Origin: Fibrobacteria bacterium
GTDB lineage: Bacteria; Fibrobacterota; Fibrobacteria; UBA11236
NCBI GenBank assembly: GCA_050486505.1
Contig: JBJHDK010000035.1
Location: 1-16,260 of the forward strand
Length of the DNA stretch: 16,260 bases
Reading direction: 5' to 3'
The notes under the pieces: model-generated
Seen by the model: only the letters and a program-made list of their open reading frames with translations
The model's database searches: none
What the model was told of the DNA's origin: nothing
Part shown: in pieces, positions 1-8,868 of the stretch
How positions within the stretch are numbered: position 1 is the first letter of the stretch
Layout of the letters: each line of letters begins with the position of its first letter
Made by a program: the position numbers and the translations under genes

Positions 1-1
1 G

Positions 2-328
2 GGCGACCCCGTGCGCATGATCCGGTCGCTTCTCAAAGGCGTCAACGACACCGTGCGCGTGAACGGCACCCTGTGGCGCGGCGGCGAAATGCCCGCACTC
101 GCCGATGCCATGACCGACTTCGAAATCGCCGCCGTGCTCACCTACGTGCGCGTCGCGCTCAACGACTCCGTCGTCGTCTCCTGCGTCAACGATGACCTTG
201 AGACCGGCACCTTCGCGTCCTGCATCAAGGAGCCGCGTCCCAACGCCGACCGGGCGCGCGACTCCGTCTCCGTCTCCGAGGTCGCCGCCGTACGTGCCTC
301 TCTTTCCAATCCCGGGAGCTCCCCATGA
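2..328 (+). CDS. C-terminal part of a class I (c552-like) cytochrome c, 5'-truncated by the window edge
   Basis: Frame is open from position 2 (GDPVRMIRSLLKGVNDTVRVNGTLWRGGEMPAL...MTDFEIAAVLTYVR...VSVSEVAAVRA). This matches the c552-type pattern G-x-x-x-x-(I/V)-x-V-N-G...MP...(L/M)-x-D-x-EIAAVLTY-(I/V)-R...EV-x-x-VR. The CxxCH would lie upstream of the window. The stop overlaps the hemN start (ATGA at 325-328). Confidence 0.75.
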   Translation, partial: GDPVRMIRSLLKGVNDTVRVNGTLWRGGEMPALADAMTDFEIAAVLTYVRVALNDSVVVSCVNDDLETGTFASCIKEPRPNADRARDSVSVSEVAAVRASLSNPGSSP

Positions 329-1719
329 CCGCGTCCTCCGCTTTTCCCGAAGAAACCCTCGCGACCCTGTTGCGCCACGATGGCGCCGCGCCGCGCTACA
401 CCTCTTACCCTCCCGCGAACTTTTTCACGGAGAACCCCGACGCGGCAGACTGGCGCGCCATGCTGGCGGAATCGAACCGGGCGGAGCCGCGCAACCTGTC
501 CTTCTATTTCCACGTCCCCTTCTGCCCGCGGCGCTGCCTCTTCTGCGGCTGCCACACGGAAATCGGGCGTCCCGGATCCTTCATCCGCGAGTACATGGAC
601 ACCCTTCCCGTGGAATTCCGCCTGCTGATTCCCCACCTCGATCGCGACAGGCCCGTGACCCAGATCCACTTCGGCGGAGGGACCCCCAATTTCGTTCCCT
701 ACTCCCACCTCGAGGACATGCTGGCCTTGGTTTCCTCGACGTTCAGGCTCGCGGAGAATGCCGAGGTCGCGATGGAATGCGACCCGGCGCTGGTGCTGCG
801 CCCCCAGTTGGCGCAGTTGCGCGGCATGGGATTCAACCGGATTTCCTTCGGCATCCAGGACGTGAATCCGCGCGTGCTGCAGGCGGTGGATCGCAGACCC
901 TCGCGCATGGCGCCCGGCGCCCTGGTGGAAACCGCCCGCGACCTCGGCTTCACGGGCATCAACCTCGACCTCATCTATGGCCTGCCGTTCCAGACGCGCG
1001 CTTCGTTCGCGGAAACCGTGCGCGTCATCGCGGACGCCGCACCCGACCGTATCTCGCTCTTCCCCTACGCGCACGTGCCGTGGATCAAGGACCACCAGAC
1101 CGCGCTCGAGCCGTTGCCCGCGCCCGGTGCGGAGGAACGCCTGCGCATCGCGCTCGAGGCACGCGACATCCTGCTGGCGGCGGGTTACGAGGCGATCGGG
1201 ATGGACCACTTCGCCCGCCCCGACGACGATCTCGCCCGCTCGAAGCGCGCCGGCACGCTGCGCCGCAACTTCCAGGGCTACGCCCCCGACAACACCGGCC
1301 AGGTCCACGCGCTCGGGGCCTCCGCCATTTCGCAAATCCACGCAGGATACCTGCAGAACGAAAAGGACACCGCGCGCTACCAGGCGCGGGTGCGCGCCGG
1401 GGAACTTCCCTTCACGGGCGCCTATCGCATGCGCCCCGAGGATGCGGCCGCCCGCGACGTCATCAACGCCCTGCTGTGCACGGGTCGTACCGACGTGGAC
1501 GCCATCCCCGACCTTCAGGACCTGTCGCCCGAGTGGAAGGCTTCGTACTGGATCGAAAGCCTGGAGCGGCTCGCGCCCTACCTGAAGGACGGACTCGCCG
1601 TGGAGGAGGGCGGCGTCGTGAGCGTGACCGACGCGGGATTCCCGCTGACGCGCCGCATCGCCGCGGCCTTCGATCCCCTCTCTCCCGTTTCCACGGCGCG
1701 CCACTCGCGCGCGCTGTGA
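325..1719 (+). CDS. hemN: Oxygen-independent coproporphyrinogen III oxidase (radical SAM)
   Basis: 464 aa with RYTSYP, HVPFCPRRCLFCGC (CxxxCxxC), GGGTP, FNRISFGIQD, DLIYGLP, IGMDHFA and RRNFQGY, all characteristic of HemN. Confidence 0.95.
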   Translation: MTASSAFPEETLATLLRHDGAAPRYTSYPPANFFTENPDAADWRAMLAESNRAEPRNLSFYFHVPFCPRRCLFCGCHTEIGRPGSFIREYMDTLPVEFRLLIPHLDRDRPVTQIHFGGGTPNFVPYSHLEDMLALVSSTFRLAENAEVAMECDPALVLRPQLAQLRGMGFNRISFGIQDVNPRVLQAVDRRPSRMAPGALVETARDLGFTGINLDLIYGLPFQTRASFAETVRVIADAAPDRISLFPYAHVPWIKDHQTALEPLPAPGAEERLRIALEARDILLAAGYEAIGMDHFARPDDDLARSKRAGTLRRNFQGYAPDNTGQVHALGASAISQIHAGYLQNEKDTARYQARVRAGELPFTGAYRMRPEDAAARDVINALLCTGRTDVDAIPDLQDLSPEWKASYWIESLERLAPYLKDGLAVEEGGVVSVTDAGFPLTRRIAAAFDPLSPVSTARHSRAL

Positions 1720-1745
1720 CGCCTCACGAAAATGAAAGCCGGTAA

Positions 1746-2936
1746 ATGACATCGCTCTTCGACATGCTCCGCGATCCCGCCGTGCGCGGCGAGCCCTACC
1801 GCATCCTCTTCCCCCTGGGCATTCTTTGCGCCATCGCCGGTCTCGGCGTGTGGATCCCGTTCTGGCTATGGCCGCAATCCATTCCCTACCCCGGGCAAGG
1901 CCATGCCGTCGCGCTGATCCAGGGCTTCCTGCTCGCCTTCATCTTCGGATTCCTCGGCACCATGATGCCCAAGGTGCTCGGCTTCAAACCGCTCGGCCCC
2001 GTGCAGTTCGCGATCTTCCCGCTCGGCATCGCCGCCCTGACGGTCGCCGCACTCGCGGGCTTTCCCCTCACCGCGCAGGTTCTCCATCTCGGGTTGCTCG
2101 TGAACTTCGCGGCCTTCATCGCCCTGCGCTGGCCCACCCGCCAGGGAAGCCCTCCCCCCGCCTTCGCCTTCATCGGGCTTGCATTCGCCACGGACCGTGC
2201 CGGCACCGTGTTCAAGTTGCTGGCCCTCGGCGGCGCATGGCCGGGCGGCGCCCGCATCGCAGCGCTGCTGCAATACCAGGGCTTCATCCTGCTGCTGATC
2301 CTGGGCGTCGGGGGCTTCCTGCTGCCGAAGCTCCTGGGCAACGTCGTCATCCGTCCCGAGGACATCCGCAAGGAGCCGCCGGCCGCGCGCCCGTGGCTTT
2401 TCCCGATGCTGGGAATGCTGTTGATCCTCTCGTTTTTTCTCGAAGCGTTCGGCCCGTGGCCCTGGGGAATGCGAGGGGCCTCCCTGTTGCGCGCGCTGAT
2501 CTGGGGATGGTTCCTCTTCATCCACCTGCGGCTGCACCGCGTCGCGGGAGGCGCGCCCGCCTATCTCGCGGCGGCGCGACTCTCGCTGATCGCCATCGGG
2601 GCCGGACTTCTGATGCCTGCGATCCTCCCGGCCTACGTCGTCGCGTGGGAGCACATCGTCTTCATCACGGGATTCCTCTGGCTCACGCTGTCGATCGCCG
2701 CGCGCGTGGTCGCCGCGCACGGCGGTCGCCTCGACCTGATCGACGTCGGCCGCAAGCGGCTGCTTGCGGCCGGGTGGCTGCTCGCCGTCTCCGCGCTCAC
2801 GCGCGTGACCACCGATATCTGGACGGGGGAGCGCTGGCTGCACCTGGCCCTCGCCTCGCTGTTCGCGCTCGTCGCCATCGGACTCTGGCTGCGCCTGTTC
2901 GGCGGCCTGTTCTTCGTCCGCCCGGGCGAGCGCTAA
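1746..2936 (+). CDS. nnrS: NnrS-family multi-pass membrane protein
   Basis: 396 aa, highly hydrophobic with roughly a dozen TM segments. N-terminal EPYRILFPLG and H...IQGF...FIFGFLGTMMP resemble the NnrS PFRxFF and H...GF...GFLLTA motifs; late RVVAAHGGR resembles the NnrS RVxxGHxGR motif. Confidence 0.75.
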   Translation: MTSLFDMLRDPAVRGEPYRILFPLGILCAIAGLGVWIPFWLWPQSIPYPGQGHAVALIQGFLLAFIFGFLGTMMPKVLGFKPLGPVQFAIFPLGIAALTVAALAGFPLTAQVLHLGLLVNFAAFIALRWPTRQGSPPPAFAFIGLAFATDRAGTVFKLLALGGAWPGGARIAALLQYQGFILLLILGVGGFLLPKLLGNVVIRPEDIRKEPPAARPWLFPMLGMLLILSFFLEAFGPWPWGMRGASLLRALIWGWFLFIHLRLHRVAGGAPAYLAAARLSLIAIGAGLLMPAILPAYVVAWEHIVFITGFLWLTLSIAARVVAAHGGRLDLIDVGRKRLLAAGWLLAVSALTRVTTDIWTGERWLHLALASLFALVAIGLWLRLFGGLFFVRPGER

Positions 2937-2957
2937 ACGTGCACCGCTGATAGCCGA

Positions 2958-3377
2958 TCAGGATTCCGAAGTCTTGCGCAGGGAGGCCAGCGTCGTGCGG
3001 CGCGCCCAGGCCACGAAATCCTCATTGGCACGGCTCCACGACTCGTGCATAGGGCAAGGACGATCGGATCGACACGCGTCCCAACCGAACACGCACTGGC
3101 GCGATTCGAACTCGTAGCCCATCACCTTGAGGATGTCGAGATAGGAGATACGCGAGGCCGGACGCCCGAGGCGGAAGCCTCCCCCGTGCCCGCGCGCGCT
3201 GGTGACCAGGTCCGCCTCGACGAGACGCTTCATGATCTTGTTGAGGTAATGGACCGGAACGCGCGTCTTTCCGGAAAGGTCCCGCGCATTGATGGCGCCG
3301 CCGCCGGGCTCGATGGCCAGCGTCGTCATCGCGCGCAGGGCGTATTCAGCCGTGCTGGTCAGGGACAACGAGAGCAT
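2958..3377 (-). CDS. Rrf2-family transcriptional regulator with a three-Cys Fe-S ligand motif
   Basis: Start ATG at 3377 is preceded by GGAAAGG. Contains TAEYALRAM, a wHTH region (VPVHYLNKIMKRLVEADLVTSARGHGGGFRL), and C-terminal CVFGWDACRSDRPCPMHESW (Cx6Cx5C..H). Confidence 0.92.
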   Translation of the reverse strand: MLSLSLTSTAEYALRAMTTLAIEPGGGAINARDLSGKTRVPVHYLNKIMKRLVEADLVTSARGHGGGFRLGRPASRISYLDILKVMGYEFESRQCVFGWDACRSDRPCPMHESWSRANEDFVAWARRTTLASLRKTSES

Positions 3378-3417
3378 GACTGCCTTTCCGGGTGACGGGA
3401 CCAAGCCCCCGCATTGT

Positions 3418-3447
3418 GGATATCGATGTCAATGGATAACCAAATCC
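3418..3447. promoter_or_regulatory. Putative operator upstream of the Rrf2 gene (two adjacent GGAY-N6-RTCC-like sites)
   Basis: GGAT-aaccaa-ATCC at 3434-3447 and imperfect GGAT-atcgat-GTCA at 3418-3431. TCAATGGATAA (3429-3439) recurs exactly at 12683-12693. Confidence 0.5.
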
Positions 3448-3526
3448 GTGAATTCTCGCAATGCCTCGACATTCGATCACCCCTTCCAATGTTCTTTCCG
3501 CACCGACCGACCCCCCCAACCGCCAC

Positions 3527-3561
3527 CGATTGTCCATTGTTCACTGTCCACTGTTCACTGC
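3527..3561. repeat. Heptamer tandem repeat (YCAYTGY), 5 units
   Basis: cgattgt-ccattgt-tcactgt-ccactgt-tcactgc; overlaps the ccoI stop codon. Confidence 0.85.
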
Positions 3562-6066
3562 CTTCGGCACCGTCACCCACGCCGTGAGGCACAGCGAGAG
3601 GCTCGCAATGGGCATGAGCACCGCCGCGAACAGCGGGGTGACATATCCCGCCACGGCAAACGAAACCGCACCGGCATTGTAGAGTGCGGAGACCACGTAG
3701 CAGTTGAAAAGCGCCTTGCGCGTTCCCCGGGCAATCCGCAACAGTCCCAGGATGGCCTCGGGACGCGACGAGGTCATGAAGGCGTCGGCCTCCTCGGCCA
3801 TGGGGCCCGCGGATCCCTGCACCGCGAGGGCCACGGCGGATTCCCCGAACAGCAGGCTGTCGTTGAACCCGTCCCCCACCGCCAGCGCCGGCCCCGAGCG
3901 CGCCTGGAACTCCCGGGCCGCGACCTGCTTGCGCTCGGGGGACAGTCCCCCCTGAAACTCCCCGAAGCCACAGCGTTCCGCGAACTCCCGCACGCGTTCG
4001 GGATGGTCGCCCGAAAGCAGCGTGGCCGGAACGCCCTCGGCACCGAGCCCCCGCAGCAGCGCCGCCACCCCGGGCTTCAGTTCTTCGCCAAGCCACACGC
4101 GTGCGACAAGTTCCCCGTCGGCGAACACGCAGGCCTGCGGGACACCCGATTCCTGCGCGGGCGAGGCGTCCGTTCCGGGTGGAGGCGTCAACCCCAACGC
4201 ATAGAACGGGCCGCCCGGTTCATCCCAGGCTCCGTGGCGGCACACGCACAAGCGAACCGACTCGCCCGCCGCGCGCCAAGTTCCGTAGATCCCGAAGTGC
4301 GGGACTTCCTCGAACCCGTCGATCTCCCCCGCCCCGCCGGCGAGGCTTTCGTGGATCGCGGTCGAGACCGGATGCGCGCTCATGCGCGTGAGGCGTTCGA
4401 CCCCGTCGAGGATTCCCTGTCTCCGCCCGCCGCCGCCTTCGAGCGCCCACTCCCACCGCGCGACCTTGCGCCGGGTGAAGGTCAGCGTGCCTGTCTTGTC
4501 GAAGATGGCGGAACGCGTGTCGGCGAGGCGTTCGAGCGTCTCCTGGTCGCGGAAATGGAATCCCAGCCGGTGCGCGCGCAACAGACCAACGCCGCGGCTG
4601 ATCGGGATGGCGAGCGCGAGTGCGCACGAGCACGACACGATGAACACCGCCGCCGAGACCTTGAGGGCGGTGTCCCACCCCGAGGACAGGTGCAGAAAGA
4701 ATCCGAAGACGGCGAGGGCGATGACGCTCGCCGTGAAGGCGAATGCCACGCGCTCACGCCCGCGATTGCGCGAGCGCTTGCGGGCCGCCATCGATTCCAG
4801 CGCACCGCGCAGCGACGCGGCCCGGGTCGCGCGGTGCGGGCTGGCCACGCGCAGGCGCAGGGGAGCGCGCAGCACACGATAGCCCGCGAAGAGAAAGTCC
4901 CCCTGCTTCCAGGGGCGGGGACGGTCCTCGCCGGTGAGAAAGGCCGTGTCCATCTGGCCTTCGCCCTCTTCCGCCGTGCCGTCGAAGGGCAGGTACCCCC
5001 CGGGCTCGACCTCGACCACGTCGCCCGGACGCACGTCGTCGGGGGATTCCCAACGCGCGCCGTCCGCGCAAAGCACCTTGACCGTGCCCGGACTCAACGA
5101 CTCGTGCCAGCGGTTGCGCAGCACCAGTCCGCCCTCGAAGCGACGCACGGCATAACGCCCGAGCAGCAGGAAGAACACCAGGGCAGAAAGCGAGTCGGAA
5201 TAGTTCGCGGTTCCCTCGCGCAGCACGGAGGCGAAGGACACGAGGAAGGCGATCCACACGCCCAAGGTCACCGTCACGTCGATCGTGAAGCTGCGTGACT
5301 TCACCGCGCGCCAGGCCCCCTTGTAGAAGGGGACCGCGGCGTAAAACACCGCTGGAAGCGACGCCGCGAACGCCCAGCCTCCCAGCAATGCGCGCCACTC
5401 GGGCTCCATGCCCTTGCCCAGCCCCAGGTAGTGTCCCACGGCGAAGGCCATGGCGTTCATGAAGCAGGCGGCGGCCACCGCCAGGCGCATCCAGGCGTCG
5501 CGATCGAGCGGGCGGCGTTCCCCCCCGCCGACCTTCGGACGGAAGGCGTAGCCGTACTCCGCGACATGCTCCAGCACGTCGGGCAGCGTGGTGCGTTCCG
5601 AGTCGTAGCGAAGGTGCATCTCGCCGTGGATGAAGTCGACGTGGTGGTCGACCACGCCTTCCGTCTCCCCGAGAACGCGCTCCATCAACCAGCCGCAGGC
5701 GGCGCATTGCATGTCGGAGCATTCAAGCGTGAGGCTGTGCACGCCGCCGTTCCAGTTGCCCAGGGATTTGACGGCGGGTCCCTCCCTGAGGGCCTCCAGG
5801 AACTTGCGGTACTCCCCGGGAACCCCTCCGCGGGGGGCCTTGGCCTTCTCGAGCTCAAGCAGCTCGTAGTAACGACCGCCTTCGGCGCCCGCGAGCAAGG
5901 CGTGCACGGTGCGGCAGCCCGCGCAGCAAAAACGCAGGGGTTGACCCGACGCTTCCTCCACTTCTCCGGGCAGCCCCGCACCGAGAAGGTCGTCCCCGCA
6001 GTGCGCGCAACGCGCGACCGCGGACGGTTGCGCGGAGTGTGCGGCAGCGGAGACACGGGGACTCAT
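3541..6066 (-). CDS. ccoI: Heavy-metal (Cu) P1B-type ATPase of the cbb3 assembly cluster (CcoI/FixI)
   Basis: 841 aa. N-terminal CAHCG...FCCAGC metal-binding domain, HMA-like MQCAACGW, LTGE, IVSCSCALALA, DKTGTLT phosphorylation motif, HP, GDGFND, LYN and MPIAS. Lies directly after ccoG-ccoH. Confidence 0.9.
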   Translation of the reverse strand: MSPRVSAAAHSAQPSAVARCAHCGDDLLGAGLPGEVEEASGQPLRFCCAGCRTVHALLAGAEGGRYYELLELEKAKAPRGGVPGEYRKFLEALREGPAVKSLGNWNGGVHSLTLECSDMQCAACGWLMERVLGETEGVVDHHVDFIHGEMHLRYDSERTTLPDVLEHVAEYGYAFRPKVGGGERRPLDRDAWMRLAVAAACFMNAMAFAVGHYLGLGKGMEPEWRALLGGWAFAASLPAVFYAAVPFYKGAWRAVKSRSFTIDVTVTLGVWIAFLVSFASVLREGTANYSDSLSALVFFLLLGRYAVRRFEGGLVLRNRWHESLSPGTVKVLCADGARWESPDDVRPGDVVEVEPGGYLPFDGTAEEGEGQMDTAFLTGEDRPRPWKQGDFLFAGYRVLRAPLRLRVASPHRATRAASLRGALESMAARKRSRNRGRERVAFAFTASVIALAVFGFFLHLSSGWDTALKVSAAVFIVSCSCALALAIPISRGVGLLRAHRLGFHFRDQETLERLADTRSAIFDKTGTLTFTRRKVARWEWALEGGGGRRQGILDGVERLTRMSAHPVSTAIHESLAGGAGEIDGFEEVPHFGIYGTWRAAGESVRLCVCRHGAWDEPGGPFYALGLTPPPGTDASPAQESGVPQACVFADGELVARVWLGEELKPGVAALLRGLGAEGVPATLLSGDHPERVREFAERCGFGEFQGGLSPERKQVAAREFQARSGPALAVGDGFNDSLLFGESAVALAVQGSAGPMAEEADAFMTSSRPEAILGLLRIARGTRKALFNCYVVSALYNAGAVSFAVAGYVTPLFAAVLMPIASLSLCLTAWVTVPKAVNSGQ

Positions 6067-6069
6067 CGA

Positions 6070-6594
6070 CTATCCTCCCGAGAAGTGCCTGAAGGAATGT
6101 TCCAGAACGGGTTCCCCGCCGTCGTCGAAGGTCGCGGTGACGTTCCAACGACCGCGACGAAGGGGTTGCTGTGCGGGAAGCACCCAGCGGACGAGGTTTT
6201 CCGCGACACGCTCGGGTTCCGCAAGGACGATCTCACGGTCCGCGCCCGGATCATCTGGGCGCAGCAGGTTGAGGCGTGCTTCCATCGACTTCAGGCGCGC
6301 CAAGGCATCGAGATCGACCTCGGCCGCGCCGCGTCCCTCCAGAACGAGGATACCGTCATGCCGCGTCAGCACCAACTGCAGGCCGATGGCATCGAAGGCC
6401 CGCTCCCGCTCGCGCTGCGCGTCGAGCAGGAGCCCGGCCGCGTAGTAGTCGGGACGCACCAGGCCGTGAGGCGAAACTTGCGACGTGATCACCAGCCCGA
6501 TGCCCGCACTCATGCCCGTCAACGCGATTCCGACCAATGCGAAGACCCACAGGGGGATCGATCTCTCGCCATTTTTCTTCACCGGATCATTCAT
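6070..6594 (-). CDS. ccoH: FixH/CcoH-family protein
   Basis: 174 aa with one N-terminal TM helix followed by LVRPDYYAAGL (FixH-type LVxxDYYxxG), later LLRPDDPGAD and GRWNV. Lies between ccoG and ccoI and overlaps the ccoG stop by 8 nt. Confidence 0.82.
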   Translation of the reverse strand: MNDPVKKNGERSIPLWVFALVGIALTGMSAGIGLVITSQVSPHGLVRPDYYAAGLLLDAQRERERAFDAIGLQLVLTRHDGILVLEGRGAAEVDLDALARLKSMEARLNLLRPDDPGADREIVLAEPERVAENLVRWVLPAQQPLRRGRWNVTATFDDGGEPVLEHSFRHFSGG

Positions 6595-8038
6595 CCCGAT
6601 TTCCCTTCCGCGGAATGCCCCCCATGGGCCCCGCCAATGTGATGTTCACGCGACGCGCATCGCCTCCGTTTCCGACACGCAGGCTTGCCGGAAGCCGACC
6701 GGCCACGAAGGCGTCACGCGCCACGACGACATCCAGTTGAAGCGTCCGCAACTGCCCTGAACCGACGGCGAAGGGCCGCTCATGCCAGTTGTGACGACCC
6801 GGGAAGTCGTCTCCGAATCCCAGGGTCAACGTGCGCCGTTCCCGCCCCTTGTTGCGCACCTGGACCGTGAAGGTGTTGAGCACCGAATCCGCGCCCACCG
6901 CATAATAGGGTTCCGCGCCGCGCCGGATCGCATCCACGGAAACGTCGGGTCGCGTGACGATCAGGGTCGCCGAAACCGCCGCCAGGACGGTGGCGAGCAA
7001 GCCGTAGGCGACGAGGCGCAAGCGCGCGCGGTCGGGCTTGCGGCCCTCAAGACCCGCCTGCGAGTCATAGCGGATCAGCCCGGCCGGTTTCTTCCAGGCC
7101 TCCATGATCGTGTCGCAGGCGTCGATGCAACGCGTGCAGGCGATGCATTCGAGCTGCTGCCCCTTGCGAATGTCGATGCCCGTCGGGCAGACCTGCACGC
7201 AATGGCCGCAATCAACGCAGTCGCCGAGCCCGGCGCGCCCGTCCTTTGCACCCCGCCCGCGCGGCTCGCCGCGCCCGGTGTCGTACCCGACGACGAGGCT
7301 GCGATCATCCAGCAGCACGCTCTGGAACTTGGCGTAGGGGCAGACAATGACGCAGGCCTGCTCCTTGAAGAACGCGAACACCCAATAGAACACGGCGGTG
7401 AACCCGACGACGAAGGCAAACCCCGCGGGATTTTCCGACGGTGGGTTCGTCAGCGCCCACAGGACGTTGTCGCGTCCCCAGAAGTAGGCCAAGGCCGTGT
7501 TGCCGATGACCGCGGCGACTGCCAGGAACAGCGCGTGCTTGAACACCTTGCGCGCCAACCATTGCGGGGTGAAACCGAAATCGTCGCGGGCCCGGCGGAC
7601 ATGCGCCCTGCCCTCGACCAGGCGCTCGATGGGCGCGAACACGAATTGCAAGAAGACCGTTTGCGGGCAGGCCCAGCCGCACCAGGCGCGGCCGTACTTC
7701 GCCGTGAACAGGAAGACGAACACAATGAAGGCCAGGAAACCCGGAAGGAAAAGGATGATGTCCTGCGGATAATAGGCGTTGCCGAACAGCAGCAAGCGGC
7801 GCGCGAAGACATCGACCTGCAGCAGCGGGGCGCCGTCCCAGCGCAACCACGGAACGCCGAGGTAGACGAAAAGCAGGGCCCACGCGACCCAGCCGCGCCT
7901 CCGCGTCAGCGGCCCCTTCGTCTCGCGCGGGTAAATCCACACGCGGCGACCGCCCCGGCCGATGGTCGGCTGGGTGTCGTTCTCGGCGAGCCCCAGATCC
8001 GCGACGCGGACTCCGGAGGTGTCCCCGGGCGAAGGCAT
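6587..8038 (-). CDS. ccoG: Cytochrome c oxidase accessory polyferredoxin CcoG/FixG
   Basis: GRAWCGWACPQTVF, EQACVIVCPYAKFQS, YDTGRGEPRG, DCVDCGHCVQVCPTGIDIR and ECIACTRCIDACD. Confidence 0.95.
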   Translation of the reverse strand: MPSPGDTSGVRVADLGLAENDTQPTIGRGGRRVWIYPRETKGPLTRRRGWVAWALLFVYLGVPWLRWDGAPLLQVDVFARRLLLFGNAYYPQDIILFLPGFLAFIVFVFLFTAKYGRAWCGWACPQTVFLQFVFAPIERLVEGRAHVRRARDDFGFTPQWLARKVFKHALFLAVAAVIGNTALAYFWGRDNVLWALTNPPSENPAGFAFVVGFTAVFYWVFAFFKEQACVIVCPYAKFQSVLLDDRSLVVGYDTGRGEPRGRGAKDGRAGLGDCVDCGHCVQVCPTGIDIRKGQQLECIACTRCIDACDTIMEAWKKPAGLIRYDSQAGLEGRKPDRARLRLVAYGLLATVLAAVSATLIVTRPDVSVDAIRRGAEPYYAVGADSVLNTFTVQVRNKGRERRTLTLGFGDDFPGRHNWHERPFAVGSGQLRTLQLDVVVARDAFVAGRLPASLRVGNGGDARRVNITLAGPMGGIPRKGNRDE

Positions 8039-8039
8039 C

Positions 8040-8591
8040 TTACTCGCGCCCCCCCAAACTCATCACGTAAGCCGTCAACCAGTGCACGCGCTCCGGCCCC
8101 AGCATGGCCTCCCAACCTGGCATCCCGCGCGCGGGCCACCCCATCGCGATGGAATAGAGGACTTCAGCGGGGCTGCCGCCGTGGATCCATTCGCCGTCGC
8201 GCAGGCTCGGGCCCACGCCGCCGCGCGCGTCCTCGCCGTGGCAGGCCACGCAGTTGGCCTTGTACAGGGCCTCGCCGCGCGAAATGTTCGCGGGGCTGCG
8301 GACGTACGCAAGCAAGGATGCGTCGTCGGCCGGCGGCACGAAGGCTTCCTGCGCACCCCGGGCTTCGCGCTGTTGCGCGGCCAGCCGCGCGCCCGTGTAA
8401 GCCAGCGCCTGCCCCTCGTCCGAGACGCGCATGACGCCGAGCGTCTTGCCGGTGTAGTACCCCATGTAGAGGAAGGAGAAGACGATGGTGGCGTAGAACA
8501 GCAGCACGAACCACTGCGGCAACGGGTTGTCGTACTCCTTGATGCCGTCGTAGTCCTGCCCGTGATCCACAATCTTGTCGCGTTCGATCAT
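8040..8591 (-). CDS. ccoP: cbb3-type cytochrome c oxidase subunit III, monohaem form
   Basis: Start ATG at 8591 (MIERDKIVDHGQDYDGIKEYDNPLPQWF, the CcoP N-terminal signature), one TM helix, a single CVACH, GPSLRDGEWIHGG and GMPGW; 183 aa. Confidence 0.92.
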   Translation of the reverse strand: MIERDKIVDHGQDYDGIKEYDNPLPQWFVLLFYATIVFSFLYMGYYTGKTLGVMRVSDEGQALAYTGARLAAQQREARGAQEAFVPPADDASLLAYVRSPANISRGEALYKANCVACHGEDARGGVGPSLRDGEWIHGGSPAEVLYSIAMGWPARGMPGWEAMLGPERVHWLTAYVMSLGGRE

Positions 8592-8592
8592 G

Positions 8593-8868
8593 TCAGTTTC
8601 CCCCGTTGCGGGTTTCGGCGGATCGCGCGTCGCGCGCGGCGTCTCCCGTTGCGTTGTCGTTGTTCCGTTCCTTGCCTTCGCTTCCGGCGCCGCCGGCATT
8701 CTCTCCGTTGTCGTCATCGACCGCCAGTCGCGCGACGCGCTTGTAGATGCGCCCCGATCCGGGCCGGAAGATCCACGCCAGCATGAACACCAGCGCAACC
8801 GCGAAGATGATCAGCGAAACCACGGGCCAAAAAATGAGGCCCGCGTTCTCGACCACAAGCCGTGTCAT
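8593..8868 (-). CDS. ccoQ: cbb3-type oxidase small subunit CcoQ with a polar C-terminal tail
   Basis: One TM segment ([21 protein letters not shown]) then RP...[12 protein letters not shown]. Lies between ccoO and ccoP with an ATGA overlap with ccoNO. Confidence 0.8.
   Translation of the reverse strand: MTRLVVENAGLIFWPVVSLIIFAVALVFMLAWIFRPGSGRIYKRVARLAVDDDNGENAGGAGSEGKERNNDNATGDAARDARSAETRNGGN

Noticed and set aside
142..1752. 536 aa - strand ORF and 517 aa alternative-frame + strand ORF over hemN
   Set aside because: Shadow ORFs typical of high-GC DNA; Arg/Pro/Gly-rich with no motifs, while the hemN frame has all family signatures.
3427..3432. Perfect TTGACA on the - strand upstream of rrf2 as a -35 element
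   Set aside because: No acceptable -10 lies 16-18 nt downstream (GGGGCT); the hexamer is better explained as part of the palindromic sites.
8592..8798. 69 aa N-terminal extension of CcoP in the ORF track
   Set aside because: It overlaps ccoQ in another frame; the CcoP signature begins at the ATG at 8591.
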